This document shows, one piece after another, positions 1-12,068 of a stretch of DNA of 50,984 nucleotides. Source of the stretch: Reclinomonas americana ATCC 50394 (Eukaryota); assembly GCA_048213135.1 (NCBI GenBank), contig PS015498.1, positions 1 to 50,984 on the forward strand. Direction: 5' to 3'. The notes below the pieces were generated by a model. It was not told the origin of the DNA, ran no database searches, and saw nothing but the letters and a program-made list of their open reading frames with translations. The translations under genes were made by a program, and so were the position numbers. Positions within the stretch are counted from its first letter, which is position 1, and each line of letters starts with the position of its first letter.

Positions 1-41
1 TTGTCCGGAATGCGGCGCCTGTACTCAATTGTTGCACGCAG

Positions 42-1408
42 CGTCGGATCTGTGTGTGGAGATTAGCAATCTCAGTGGAGGCTCGCAGGTGCAGCAGTCG
101 CTGAACTCGCTGCTGGATTGCTCTACGGTAAGAGTCCGAAGAGAGAGAGAGAGAGCGAAAAAGAGAATGCAGAAAGTGAGCAAGAAACAGCTGCTTGTTT
201 CACCTTTCATTCTCGCCGTCATGTATTAGAAGAGAGAGAGAGAGGACTGATAGCGGTTTCGCATTCACCCCTTCCTCTCCCTCCCTCTTCCTCCCTCTTC
301 CTCCCTCTTCCTCCCTCACCCTCCCTCACCCTCCCTCACCCTCCCTCACCCTCCCTCACCCTCCCTCACCCTCCCTCACCCTCCCTCACCCACCCTCCCT
401 CTCCCTCACCCTCTCCCACTCCCACTCCCTCCCTCTCCCTCCGCCTCCTTCTCCCTTCCTCCCTCCCTTCTTCTCTGCGACTCACTCACCTCTATTTCCT
501 TCTTCGCAGATCTCTCAAGGCACCACCAGCCTGCAAGACGCCGCCAACAGCGGTCTCAACAATGGCATCACCAGCATCAACAACTACCTGTCGCAAAACT
601 CGGTCAACTTGACCATCACCATCGACACGTGGAAGGACCTGCCCACGCTGTACCAAAACAAGACTGGCCAGACGCTGCCGTCGACTTTGCAGACGCAGTA
701 CGACCAGGCTGTCGCGTTCAACAACGCGCTGCAGCAAGCCATCTCCATCATCAACTGCGATTACATTACCGCCGCGTGGAACGACATCAAGTCGCAGTTT
801 TGCGTCACGGCTCTGTTGCGTCTCCTCACCCTCCCCTTGTGCCTTCTCAATTCACTCACCTTCTCTCTCTCTTCTCCAGTGACGGCGTCAACTTTTTGTG
901 GGAGGCCTTCCTGGCGCTGGGCATTATCTTCATTGCCGCTGTGATCACCGGTATCATTGGATACAAGCGCGCCAAGCGTTGGGATCGATGGGACCACGTG
1001 CGCCTCGCCGCCGACGAGGCCTTCACTCCGACCACCAAGGGCGGCAAGGACCTGGAGATGCAAGACATGCATCGTCGGTCGACGAATGTGCGCCCTGGCC
1101 AAGTGTCGCCCACCAACGGCGGCACCGGCAGTCCCGTGTGGCAGGGTGACGGCAGCAAGCCGGCCAAGTTGCAGGTGCACAGCACGGCGGTGTCGGTGTC
1201 GTCGGACAGCTCGCGGTCCAGTCTGTCGCCCACCTCGGTGACCGGCGACGACAACTACCGCCGCTCCACTGCCACGCCAGTGGATGTGCGCGACGAGCAC
1301 CACGTGAGACCACCGCCTCCTGGTGTGCCTGCCTTCCAGAACCAGCACGGCAACTTTTTGGAGCCGCACTCGCAGTCCCCAGTGGGATTGCGGATACCCA
1401 AGTACTAA
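42..1408 (+). CDS. 3' part of a Tweety/prominin-like multi-pass membrane protein (5' end outside window); exons 42-127, 510-814, 880-1408
   Basis: Spliced peptide SDLCVEI...LLDCST|ISQGTT...IINCDYITAAWNDIKSQFCVTAL|DGVNFLWEAFLALGIIFIAAVITGIIGYKR. The SD(F/L)C motif and C-x14-C-x4-DG before the last TM helix resemble Tweety/prominin; a low-complexity cytoplasmic tail follows. GT-AG introns keep the frame. Confidence 0.55.
281..390. repeat. 10-bp minisatellite (CTCCCTCTTC)3(CTCCCTCACC)8 inside an intron
   Basis: Perfect tandem copies read directly from the sequence. Confidence 0.95.
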
Positions 1409-1551
1409 TCGTGGGGAGGGAGAGAGAAAAAAGGAAAAGTATTGTTTTCGCATAGACGGCTAATCTTGTTTTGTTTGTTTTGTTTTGTTGTACGATGAAG
1501 AAAAAGTGTAAGAAAGTGGAAAAAATGGGATATATTCTGTGTGTGTGTATT

Positions 1552-4092
1552 TCATTCGCCGCCACTCGGGCCTATTGTCGACGCGACCGTGATACGCAAT
1601 TGCCGTACCACATTTTGCACCTTGCGCACCACCTCGTCACTCGCCGCCCCCGTCTGTCGTTGGAACGAGAGGAAGCGATGAATAATGTTGGGCAGCTCAG
1701 CGAAACGCGCCGCCGGCAGCGACGCACGCACCTGCCACGGGAAGATGAGAACATGATACACAACACACACTCACAAGAGAAGAACATTGTCGCACCTCTG
1801 CGGCGCCACCCTCGCCCGATGCAGCAACAAGGCCCATCAGCAGGGCCGCGTACGACGCCATCAACATGTCCTCCATGCACTTTTCCGACTCCTCGTGGTC
1901 CGCGCTCGACATTTGACAGTGGAGGCGGCCAAGCACGCGCAAAAACTTTTCCGACTTGCTCTGTCCCGTGCAGTTGAGTGCCAGCAGCGCCAGCAAGTTG
2001 GGCGTCGAATCCTCCACCAGATTGGTCAGCGCCGCCAGACACAGCACGCGGGTGTCCCACGGTAGTGATTCGCGAAGCACCAGATCGGCCACCGCCTGCA
2101 CAGCACCGGCCTCGGCAGCCGCCGCACACGCGTCGGCACACTCATTGGTCAGATTCACAAACACGCGCATCGCCGACAGCGTAATGTCGGGTCGTGGATC
2201 GGGCGGTGAGCGGCGGAACAAGGAAACCAGCGCCGCCGTCAGCTCGTCACGCGCCTGCAACACAACGTACGACTGGTGACGAGCACCCACGTCGGCCTCC
2301 AGGAACTGCGCGAAAAGTGGCAAGTCAGCGGGGACACAGAAGTTGCTGCGTCGTGCATCACAAACGCAACTGACTCCACACACCCGAGTGCCGTCTGCGC
2401 AGCAAACTCACCGCCGCATCCACTCAGCAGGAGCCCCACCGACCGCACCACCGACTGCAGCACGCGGTCCATGACTCCCGACTCGCGGAGCGCGTCGCCG
2501 ACGGCACGTGGATTCGCCGCACACAACTGGCGCAGTGCCCACATGCACAACGGAAATGAATCACTCATCAAGCCAAACGATTGTAGTGCGTCGTGTCGCT
2601 TCAGCAGCCGCGACAATTCCTGCCACGGGGAGGAGGCGTGTGAGGGGCTGCATGCACATCACATGTAGAAGGGGGAAAATCACCTGAATGTCGTCGGCCA
2701 TGGACATGGTCTCCACCATGTTGAACAGATGCTGCGAGGCGGTCAACACCCGCTGCACCGTTGTGGGCTCAGCAGCCACAGCGGACGCCCACCTGTATGC
2801 GTGCAGCGTGAGCCATACAACAACGAAACGAACGGCAAGTTCTCACATTTTGACGCACCAACCACACAACACCACACCACACATGAGCACCACCGCATCG
2901 TCGGCCCGCTGCCGCACCGAGTGCGTCGTCTGTGGCAAGAACGCCGACACCAACTTGCTCCATAACCGCTTCTCCGGCACAAGGCCGCTCTCCAGACTCG
3001 TCACCAAATCCACAGCCTCCATGGCACTGGGCATCGCCGCGATGAGAACCAGGCGCGACAGACTCTCACACAAACACACACACACACACACGCACCACAT
3101 TCGCCGCCCCATGGCAGGCAACTGGCTGTCGCCCAAGCGCGCACAGATCGCATCCAACTCGTCCACAAGATCTGCACTCGAGACGCAAGTCAGCGCCCCA
3201 CACACGCGGCACACAAACGTGCATGCGACTCGACAGAACTGCGTGAGCGACTGACAACAGCGCGCAATCGGCTCTTGGCAGCCGGCGCCTGGAACACAGA
3301 AGCAGCTGTCGCCGACGACGACGAGCCCGCAGTGAACGAGAACGGATCCTCAGCAGCTGCGCATCGCACGAGCACCAGTCAGCTTCCATATGCGCGAGTG
3401 TCTGACATCGCCCCTTCACATCGTATACCAGCAGAGGCCTGATGCACGCGCGACGACGGAACACAATCATCCTCCTCCATGGCAGTCGCCACCGCCGCGG
3501 CAGTAGAAGAAGAAGACGCAGGAGGAGGAGGCGTACGTGACTTCTTCTCACGCGCTCTCGTTGCTACTGCTGCTGCTGCACTGCTCCCGGGCACTGGCGA
3601 CACTGACGAGGCACGACCTTCCAATCGCCGTCGCCCTCGCGCCGCCAATCGTCGCTGCTGCTGATTGTCTTCGTCTTCCATGGGCGGTACAGTGGCATCC
3701 CCCTCTCCCACAGTCATAGCAGGCGGAGTCGACAAGTGCAGCCACCCAAGCGGCTTTGACAGTGAGGAGAACGACTCACTTGGCGTGACAGTGACACTCG
3801 CAGGTGAGGCGGCAATCTGCATGGGAGTGCATGGAGTCGTCGAGCGCAGCTGCTCAACGCGCGTGAGAGTCAGGCTCAACAATGACAGAGGGAAGAGAGA
3901 GAGGAGAGTGCGCGCAACTGCATCAAACTCATCCTCCAGTGACTCTTGACTGTCGCCAGTGGCGGGAAACACGCTATTGGTGGCGGCTGGAGTGCCGGGT
4001 GTCGGTGGAGCGGAGGAGCTGCCCTGCGAGTCCGACTGCGCATTCTGACTGCGCTTGCGACTGAAGGTGCGTCGCGCAGGAGTTGAGGCCAT
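1552..4092 (-). CDS. WAPL: WAPL cohesin release factor homologue (multi-exon)
   Basis: Disordered N-terminus (MASTPARRTFSRKR), then helical domain with AMRVFVNLTNE, RVLCLAALTNLVE, KCMEDMLMASYAALLMG and VRASLPAARFAELPNIIHRFLSF, matching in order the WAPL motifs VLLNLTND, RVLGLGLLINLVE, HMEDCIVASYTALLLG and VREYLP...KKFLSF. Confidence 0.85.
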
Positions 4093-4420
4093 TGCTCTCA
4101 CAATTCGCGGGCAGACAGAGAGAGACAGGACAGGGGGTTTCCCGCCACATCGAGTGACAGGCGTTTCCGCCTGCACCAAAGTGAGTCTGTGTCTGTGCTC
4201 TGTAGATTGGTTAGCCTTACACGTGCATACGTGTGTCTGCGAGGAAGAGTAAGAGAAAAAGGACACATGTCGAAGGTCGCCGCAGCGGCACTCGCCCGAG
4301 TCGATATTTTGCAAGACCGTTTGATTTCAGCATTCGTGCGAGAGGGTGAAACGGCACTCGCACCGAGTGCGCGACTGTCTGTGTGTGAGAGTGAGTGAGT
4401 GAGTGTGTGTGGCAGTCAAC

Positions 4421-7233
4421 ATGATCACCAGATGGGAGCGACGGTGTGAGCGACGAACAATCGTGCTGGCGACGATCGCGATGATGCTGGTGCTGTCGAT
4501 TGCTCCGGCCAGTGCGACTCGTGCGTCTCCTCCCCGTGAAAGCTCGGTCCCGCGTCATACCATGCTCACTGCGTTGTTGTTGATCTCCACACAGCGCCTA
4601 TCCAGCACGAGATGGCCACGTGGACCTCGGCGTTGTCGCTTGATTTCACGTCGTTGTCGCTGACGGCGACTGCAACAGCTTTCAATGCGCTGCAGGGCAC
4701 GTGCACGAGGAACAATCCCTCGAGCGTGGCTACGATGGTGGGCAGTGTGGTGTGCGCTGGTCAGGTCAGCGAGAATGCGAAGTACGCACACCATCTGTAC
4801 ATACGGTTCTCGGTGTCGTCGGCGGCGCAGTACGAGTTTCGGTGGGCGTACGACTCGGGTCCTCAGCTCGGCGGTCTTGTGGCCATTGACAACACTGTTG
4901 TCGCGCGTGTGTTGCGTTTCCAACGGATGAATGTTGTTGCCTGGTAGTGCCTGATCGATTCGCTTGTGCAGTTCTGGTGACGATTGGTGGGGCGGAAGCT
5001 GGGATACGGCCAAGTACATTCCGGCTACTACGTTGTCCAGTGGAACTCATACGTTGCGTTTTTGCGCTCCTGCAGCTGCGGCGTTGTTGAATGGAAACTG
5101 ATGTTGTGTGGGGGGCGCAGCGTGGAAATGTACAATTTTGACGATTGCTGTGAGTACGAGAGAGGGGAGAGATAGAAACGCACACGAGAACCGCAGCACT
5201 GACTTGTTTATGACGCAGGCAACGGCGCTGTTGGTCTGCAGTACAGAACGAACGGCGGTCAGTGGACTGACGCAGCGGCACTGGTGTCGGGGGGTTCGCA
5301 AACTGGAGCCAGTTGTGTACCGACTGCGACACCTCGCCGTCTTCTTGCGCTCATGATTCTGTGACTCGCAGGCATTTCCATGGTCGTGTACGGCATGTCA
5401 GCAACGCCACCAGTGTCGTCGGACTGGTCGGTGCTCTACGCCAAGGCCACCGAGGTGCGTGGCGCGACCGAATATCTGCAGCTGTGCCTTCTTCTTTCGC
5501 TGACTTTGGTGTCCAGTCTGCGGCTGAGTGCGGAGTCAGCAATCTGACGACCACTGTCGGTCTGCGCGCGTCCGACTTGTGCGGCGCAGTGAACAGCCCG
5601 ACTCGTCAGGCACGAATCACCGTCATCGACTTTTCGGTGTCTTCACAGTGGACGTACGTGTTCCGGTTCGGCGTCACCGCGGGGTGGGGAGCAGCCGTGC
5701 GACTCGATGGTGAACTGGCACACACACAACTCTGTTCTATGACGATCTCAATGACTCATTGGCAATGTTATTCTCCCAAAAGGGATTGTGCGGTGGACGC
5801 GAATGGCGGTGGATTGGCAGCAGAACTGGAGGTTTGCCTGGCTTGTGCGCGTGACTGTGCCGATCAGATGGCACTCACTCTCTTGTGCGCGCCTGTGCAG
5901 CAACGAAATCGATTTTACAACCACACTGACGGCCGGCAATCACAGACTGGAGGTGCTGGCGTTGTCGGCGAATGATGCAGGCTTGTCGACGCAGAGTGTG
6001 CAGTACCAGGCGATGGGCGTGTCCACCTGGAGCGATCTTGCAACACTGGCACGCCCTGTGGCCACTTCGTGTTCCGATAACACCACTTGGTAAGAAGAGC
6101 ACGAGAAGATCGCAGGGCACGGTAGAGTACTGATTAAGTTTGTGATTGTGTGTGTGTGGCAGCAACGGGCGTGGCCATTGCAACGACATTGGACAATGGT
6201 GTGCTTTCTATCCGGCCGGATGCACCTGTGTGTCGCACTCTCTCACTTTTGCTGCCTTGCACAGCAACTGCAACACTGGTTTTGGGGGAGCCACGTGTCT
6301 GTGCGATCCGGCAACCACATGCAACGGACGAGGAACATGCAACGCCGACGGTGCGTTTCATGTTCCCCCCGATGACTGGCCAAGAAAATGTGATTTGCTC
6401 AGCTTTAACCTTCTCGCACAGGCTCATGCTCGTGTGACACAACGAATGGATACGGTGGTCCCAACTGTTGCGTACCCGCACCTGCTAGATCACTCGCCTG
6501 TCACTCAACCCCCTCCGTGCTGTGCGCAGGCGAGTGCACACCAGCGAACCGCTGCTCCAACAACGGCGTGTGCACACCACGAGGCGCTTGCTTGTGCAAC
6601 AATCCGTGGACTGGCAACGACTGTTCGATTGCTCTCGGTGGACTGGCCGCCAATCACCTGGCATTCGCAAATGGTGCGTTGGCAACCAAATGACCTACAA
6701 TCTCACAGCGTCGCCAGAACTGACCAGCTGGTTCTTGCAGTGCTGTGCTTTGGTTCGCAGGTCACGCTGACGTGCGAGGATGACCACATATGTGCGTTTG
6801 TACTTGCTTGGTTGCGAGCTGCACTTTAGTATCTCACTCATTCTATTTTGTGTCTTGCGCAGTGTCGGTGAGCGGTCCACCTCTGGCCCATGTTTTTCCT
6901 GCTCAGTGCATTCGTTTCTAACCTCTTGACGTAGATTGTGTCGGGCACGTTTGGCCGCCGACACGCCACCTACGCCGAGTGTCCAACGACTGCGACGTAC
7001 GCATCTTCCATCGACTGCTCGGTAGACGGCACGGCAACGCTCAAGCAAAGCTGCCAAGGCAAGCAGTCGTGCACCGTACGCGCGCACACCGACATCTTTG
7101 GTGACCCGTGCGCCACTGGTGAGTCGAGAAACGACGAGCGCACCGTGCGTCGTGGACCAGTTCTCACTCTACTTCTCGCGCAGTGACGAACGACGAGGTC
7201 CTTGTGTTGTTATGGCTCTGCGACCCAGCATGA
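4421..7233 (+). CDS. Secreted lectin-like protein: signal peptide, two PA14-like (CCXG-type) domains, EGF-like repeats, C-terminal SUEL/Gal_lectin domain
   Basis: Hydrophobic leader IVLATIAMMLVLSIAPASA; spliced domain FRWAYDSG...DDWWGGSW...LSSGTHTVEMYNFDDCCNG; EGF-like CNGRGTCN and CSNNGVCT; SUEL motifs GTFGR and CQGKQSCTVRAHTDIFGDPC; stop TGA at 7231-7233. Confidence 0.7.
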
Positions 7234-7382
7234 GTGGATAGCCGCAATACTATACAGTAGAACGAAAAAGACACGTAAAGATGTAAAAGTGGTATACTAT
7301 ACGAAGAGAAGGCCGTCAAGAGAAGGTGGCGAAGTCGTCAATCAGGACACTGACTGCTCGGAACAAAACGAACGGACGCAAG

Positions 7383-9504
7383 ATGCGGGCGCCCTCTGGC
7401 ATTGACACCTCGACAGGCGACGAGCTGGCCTTCCGGTCAAGAAGTCGAACCGACAGTTTCGCTCATAGAGCCACTCACTGTGCAGAAGAGCGCCGTCTCT
7501 GACTCACCGCCTCCTGCATGCAGCTCCCTCTCTGCACTACTTTGCGCCCAGCGATCGCGAGCTGAACATTGGCCGCGCCATCTTTGCACTGTTCACTCTC
7601 CTGCTGCTCATTGCACACTGGTGGAGTGCAGTGGTCGCCTGTGTTCATTGGGCGCAGTCGGGCGACACAATTTGGTTTGGTGTGATTGTCGGCACCGCCG
7701 GTCTCAACGTGCTGCTGCATGTGGTGGTGTTGTCGCTCTTTGGTGACTTGCGGTGCGTGTGCATGCTCGGGGGAGAGAAAGAGAGTGTGTGTGTGTGCGA
7801 GAGATTATTTGTCAGATGCATTGTGTTCACCAAGTGAGAGTGCAGAATGGCCTTTTCGACCGCTGCACGTCGTGATCCGCCGTGGTGGCCTGCGCTGTTT
7901 GGCTTCACAGGGCCTCTTATTCAGATATTCTGCTTCCTGCGACTGGATGTGTTTCGCAGTGAGGACGATGCGTCGGTGCGGCGGAGCGAGCGTGACCTCT
8001 CGATCCCCCCCCCCTCTCGGCTCTGACTGCTCTCGTGTATGTGCAGTTCCAGCAAGTGCGGTCGTTCCTCTTGGCGGCCATTCATTGTGCCACGTTCGCA
8101 GCGCCCTCGGCAGTCACCTTTCTGTTTGCCGTAATTGTGAGTTCCGACTAGCCAAGTCCAGGTGCACTTCAGCGCATTCTGTGTCTCACGTAGCGCGCGC
8201 AGGTGAGACACATGTACGAGACGGAGATTTGTGTGGCACTCGGATGCTCTGTGCTGTGTTTCCACTGGCTGGTGGTCAGCATTTTTCACGAGCGACAAGG
8301 CATTGTGCAGCCAGGTGACGATGGCGTGCTGATGACCGCAACGTCGAGGGTGCTCACGCGTGTGTGCTTGATTCACAGTGGACACTCCGGCGGCGCGGCG
8401 CGTACTCGGCTTTATTCTGCACTTTGTGCTCACGTTTGGCTGCACCGCGTTCCAGTTCTTCCATGTCGCCGTCTTTGGCTACGTGTGCGTCGTGACTGCG
8501 TGCCGCTTTACCGCGCTGCGGATGATCGATCGCTCACACTGTGTGTGTTTCAACGTGTGTGCACAGGTTCCAATGGTGCGTATCCCACGTCGGGGAAGGG
8601 AGGATGAGAGATTGTTTCTAATCGTTTGCCCAACAGGTACGGCCTCTTGTTGCTGTTTGTCGAGGTATGCTCTGGCGGGGTTCATTTCCGCCTTTGTATG
8701 GCGCACGTGACGCTCACATGACGTGTAGGGCGTCGGCTCCATGGTGGTGCAAATGGTCACCGTGTGGGTCATGACGTGCTTTGGTGCCGTCTACAAGCGG
8801 CCGTCGTCGTTGGCCGGCTTCTTTGCCAGCCACTTCCGCCTCGCAGTTTCGTGCATTGTTCTTTCTGGTGCTGTGAGATGGCTCACATGCAGCACTGCAG
8901 TTCTACGCCGTCGTACTCAACGCCACGCACTCGCCTAATGTGCGAGCCGTGATGGTACGTGATGGTGACGTCCTCTTTTGTTCATTCTTTTCGTCGCTGA
9001 ATACCGTCGTCGTGAGCAGAAGAGTTATCTGGAGGGCAAGGAGGCGAAAGGCGAGCTTTGCTGCACCATGCATTTGCATGAGCACTTGCCTCCCTGACTC
9101 CCTCTCTTCCTTCTCATCCCGCAGCGCAACAATTGGCTGGCGTACACGTGTTTTACTTGGTGGCGGTGCGCATTGGTGCCGTGGCCCTGGCTTTGCTGCG
9201 GTGGCCGGAGAACACGACAAGTTGCGCGCATCGTATTCTCCCAGTCTATTCCTTCTTCCTTTTTGTTGCTGAATCGTGTCATCTGCCACGCACAGCCGAC
9301 GACGAAACTCACGCGTATTTCATCTCGGCTGTTGGGCTGGCGGTGGCCGCCGTGGTCGGCCACGTGGCACATGTGCTCTTCTCACTTGCGCGGCCGGGCA
9401 AGTGGTGCGGACTCGGCTCGCCAGACGACGACGTGGACGAGATGTCGGAAGGTCAGCCGCTGCAGTACACGCCGCGTGACGCCATGATCGATGGGAGAAG
9501 GTGA
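7383..9504 (+). CDS. Multi-pass membrane protein, possibly a divergent XK-related (Xkr) family member
   Basis: Many short hydrophobic exons: AIFALFTLLLLIAHWWSAVVACVHWAQSGDTIWFGVIV, LLAAIHCATFAAPSAVTFLFAVI, ICVALGCSVLCFHWLVVSIF, GFILHFVLTFGCTAFQFFHVAVF. The family call rests on helix order only. Confidence 0.55.
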
Positions 9505-9566
9505 TGCGTAATGGAATTAAAAAATAGCGGCGAGTAAGGGCATGAAAAAAGGGCTCCATTACTTGT

Positions 9567-10682
9567 TTACCACTCTGGCGCACCGCGTTCAAGAACCTCA
9601 GCATCCTCCAGCACGAAACACCGCAGAACGACGTCCACGAGGATCCAATCGCAGTCGTCGTCGTCTTCTTCGGCAAGCAGCTCATGGACGGCCAGCACGG
9701 CTGATCGTGCGACCGCAAGCTCTTGCCGGGCCAGAGCACGCGGTGTGGACCACACTCGCACGGTCTTATCCGCACCGGCACTGGCAAGGTGCTGACCATC
9801 GGGAGAGACGGCGATACAAAGCACCGACTTGGTGTGTCCATCCAGTCGCCGTACCTGCTCTCCAGTCACCAGTGACCACACGCGGATCGTTTTGTCATCA
9901 CTCCCACTCACGGTGAACTGACTTTCGGATGTGACGGCGACAGTCCACACCGATCCAGTGTGTCCTTCCAACTGGCGCACTTGTTCACCACTTGACACGA
10001 GCCACACTCGCACTGTGCAGTCGTTACTCCCACTCACGAAGTGCTGACCGTCGGGAGTGACGGCGATCGCTTGCACCGCATCGGTGTGTCCAAGCAACAG
10101 TCGCTCGCCATCTCCGCTCGCCAGTGACCACACTCGCACACTGTTATCTCCACTCGCAGTTACAACGTGGAGACTGTCGGGAGTGATGGCAACAGCGAGC
10201 ATTCCTCCACTGTGGCCCCCCAAATCACGCGGCATTGTTTCCCCACCCGACGTGGACCACACGTGCAGTGTCCAGTCCTCGCCGCCGCTCACAATGTGCT
10301 GACCATCGGGGGTGACAGCGACGCAGAACACCGCGTGCTTGTGTCTCGCCAGTCGCCGCACCTGCTCACCACTCGCCAGTGACCAAACTCGCACACTCCC
10401 GTCCTCCCCGCCACTCACGATATGCTGGCCATCGGGAGTGACGGCAACACAGAACGCCGACAATGTGTGCCCCTCTAGGCGCCGCACCTCCTTGTCGCTC
10501 GCCAGTGACCACACTTGCACTGTACGATCCCAACTGCCACTCACAACGTGTTGACCGTCGGGAGTGAATGCAACGCCACACACGCCTCCTGTGTGTCCCT
10601 CGAAGATCTGCGCTTGAAGTGAGACGTGCAAGAGCGCAGTAGTGACAGCAGACATGCATGAACGAAGCACCTTGCAGGTCAT
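9567..10682 (-). CDS. WD40 beta-propeller protein (7 repeats), copy A; one intron 10608-10670 after MTCK
   Basis: Seven ~42-aa repeats (GH..V..VAVTPDGQHIVSG..D.TVRVWS) plus a ~50-aa tail. The 63-nt in-frame intron is read through by the ORF track. Confidence 0.92.
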   Translation of the reverse strand: MTCKVLRSCMSAVTTALLHVSLQAQIFEGHTGGVCGVAFTPDGQHVVSGSWDRTVQVWSLASDKEVRRLEGHTLSAFCVAVTPDGQHIVSGGEDGSVRVWSLASGEQVRRLARHKHAVFCVAVTPDGQHIVSGGEDWTLHVWSTSGGETMPRDLGGHSGGMLAVAITPDSLHVVTASGDNSVRVWSLASGDGERLLLGHTDAVQAIAVTPDGQHFVSGSNDCTVRVWLVSSGEQVRQLEGHTGSVWTVAVTSESQFTVSGSDDKTIRVWSLVTGEQVRRLDGHTKSVLCIAVSPDGQHLASAGADKTVRVWSTPRALARQELAVARSAVLAVHELLAEEDDDDCDWILVDVVLRCFVLEDAEVLERGAPEW

Positions 10683-10877
10683 TCACCTCGCTCTCGATCG
10701 CTGTTTTTTAGCGTGATCTGTGTGGGACTACTTCGATCGTCACTTCCGTCGTTGCTCTAACCGGCCGACGGCGAATGGCAAGTTTGTCTTAATCTACCAT
10801 GAGAAACAGCGGGGTGATGGAGAAAGACGTCGAGATGCAGTGGCGAGCAAAGCAGTGACCCGGTTTTCATCACTTCT

Positions 10878-11980
10878 TCACCACCTCCCCGGCAATCTCC
10901 GTTCAAGCACCTCAGCATCCTCCAGCACAAAACACCGCAGCACGACATCCACGAGGATCCAATCGTGGTCGCCGTCGTCTATTTCGGCAAGCAGCTCATG
11001 GACAGCCAGCACGGCTGATCGTGCGGCCGCAAGCTCTTGTGCAGCCAGACCACGCGGCGTGGACCACACACGGATGGTGGTATCGTTACTCCCACTAACA
11101 ATGTGCTGCCCGTCGGGAGTGACGGTGACCGCGGTCACATGGGCACCGTGCCCCCCTAACTGTCGCACTACTTCTCCAGTCGTCAGCGACCACACACGAA
11201 TCGTGCTGTCGTGACACCCACTCACGATGTACTGACTATCGGGAGTGACGGCAACACACCGTACCTCATCAGTGTGTCCCTCTAGTCGGCGCACTTGTTC
11301 ACCACTCGCCACAGACCACACTCGCACCGCAATGTCCCAGCCTACGCTCACAATGTGGAGACCATCGGGAGCGACTGCGACCGAGCGCACCGTGTCAGTG
11401 TGCCCCACCAATCGTCGCACTTCCTCTCCACTCGCCAGAGACCACACACGCACAGTCTTGTCTCCGCTCCCACTCACCAGATGCAGACTGTCGGGAGTGA
11501 CGGCGACGGACATCACCGAATACAAATGTCCCTCGAAGCGTCGCACCTCATCGCCACTCCCGAGCGACCACAAGCGCACTGTGCAGTCCTCACTTCCACT
11601 CACGATGTGCTGGCCATTGGGAGTGACGGCGACAGCGTACACCCTTCCAGTGTGACCCTCCAATCGCCGCACCTCCTCACCACTCGCCAGCGACCACACT
11701 CGCACTGTCATGTCTCCACTTCCACTCACCACGTGCAGACCATCGCCAGTGACAACGACAGACCACACCCAGCAAGTGTGTCCGTCCATTCGTCGCACCT
11801 CCTCTCCATTCGCCAGTGACCACACTCGCACTGTACGATCCCAGCCGCCACTCACAACGTGGAGGCCATCGGGAGTGACGGCCACGGACAACACAATGTC
11901 TGCAAGCCTAATTAAAACCTATTCGCTGTAAGGCGCACGTGGAGTAGGTGCAGCAAGCAAGAACGCACCTTGGAGGTCAT
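10878..11980 (-). CDS. WD40 beta-propeller protein (7 repeats), copy B; one intron 11919-11968 after MTSK
   Basis: Tandem paralogue of copy A with the same intron position and a near-identical tail (QELAAARSAVLAVHELLAE...DWILVDVVLRCFVLEDAEVLER). Confidence 0.92.
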
Positions 11981-12068
11981 CGCTTCGTTGCTGGAAAGAG
12001 ACAACGACGTACGACAGTCCCGCACAAGTCCCACACTTTTGTCAAACACAACTTGCAAAGCAGATACA

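Noticed and set aside
311-390. Telomere-like CCCTCA repeats
   Set aside because: The unit is a 10-mer derived from the adjacent CTCCCTCTTC tract and lies inside an intron.
10057-11931. Plus-strand repetitive ORFs over the WD40 genes
   Set aside because: Antisense shadows of GC-rich repeated coding sequence.
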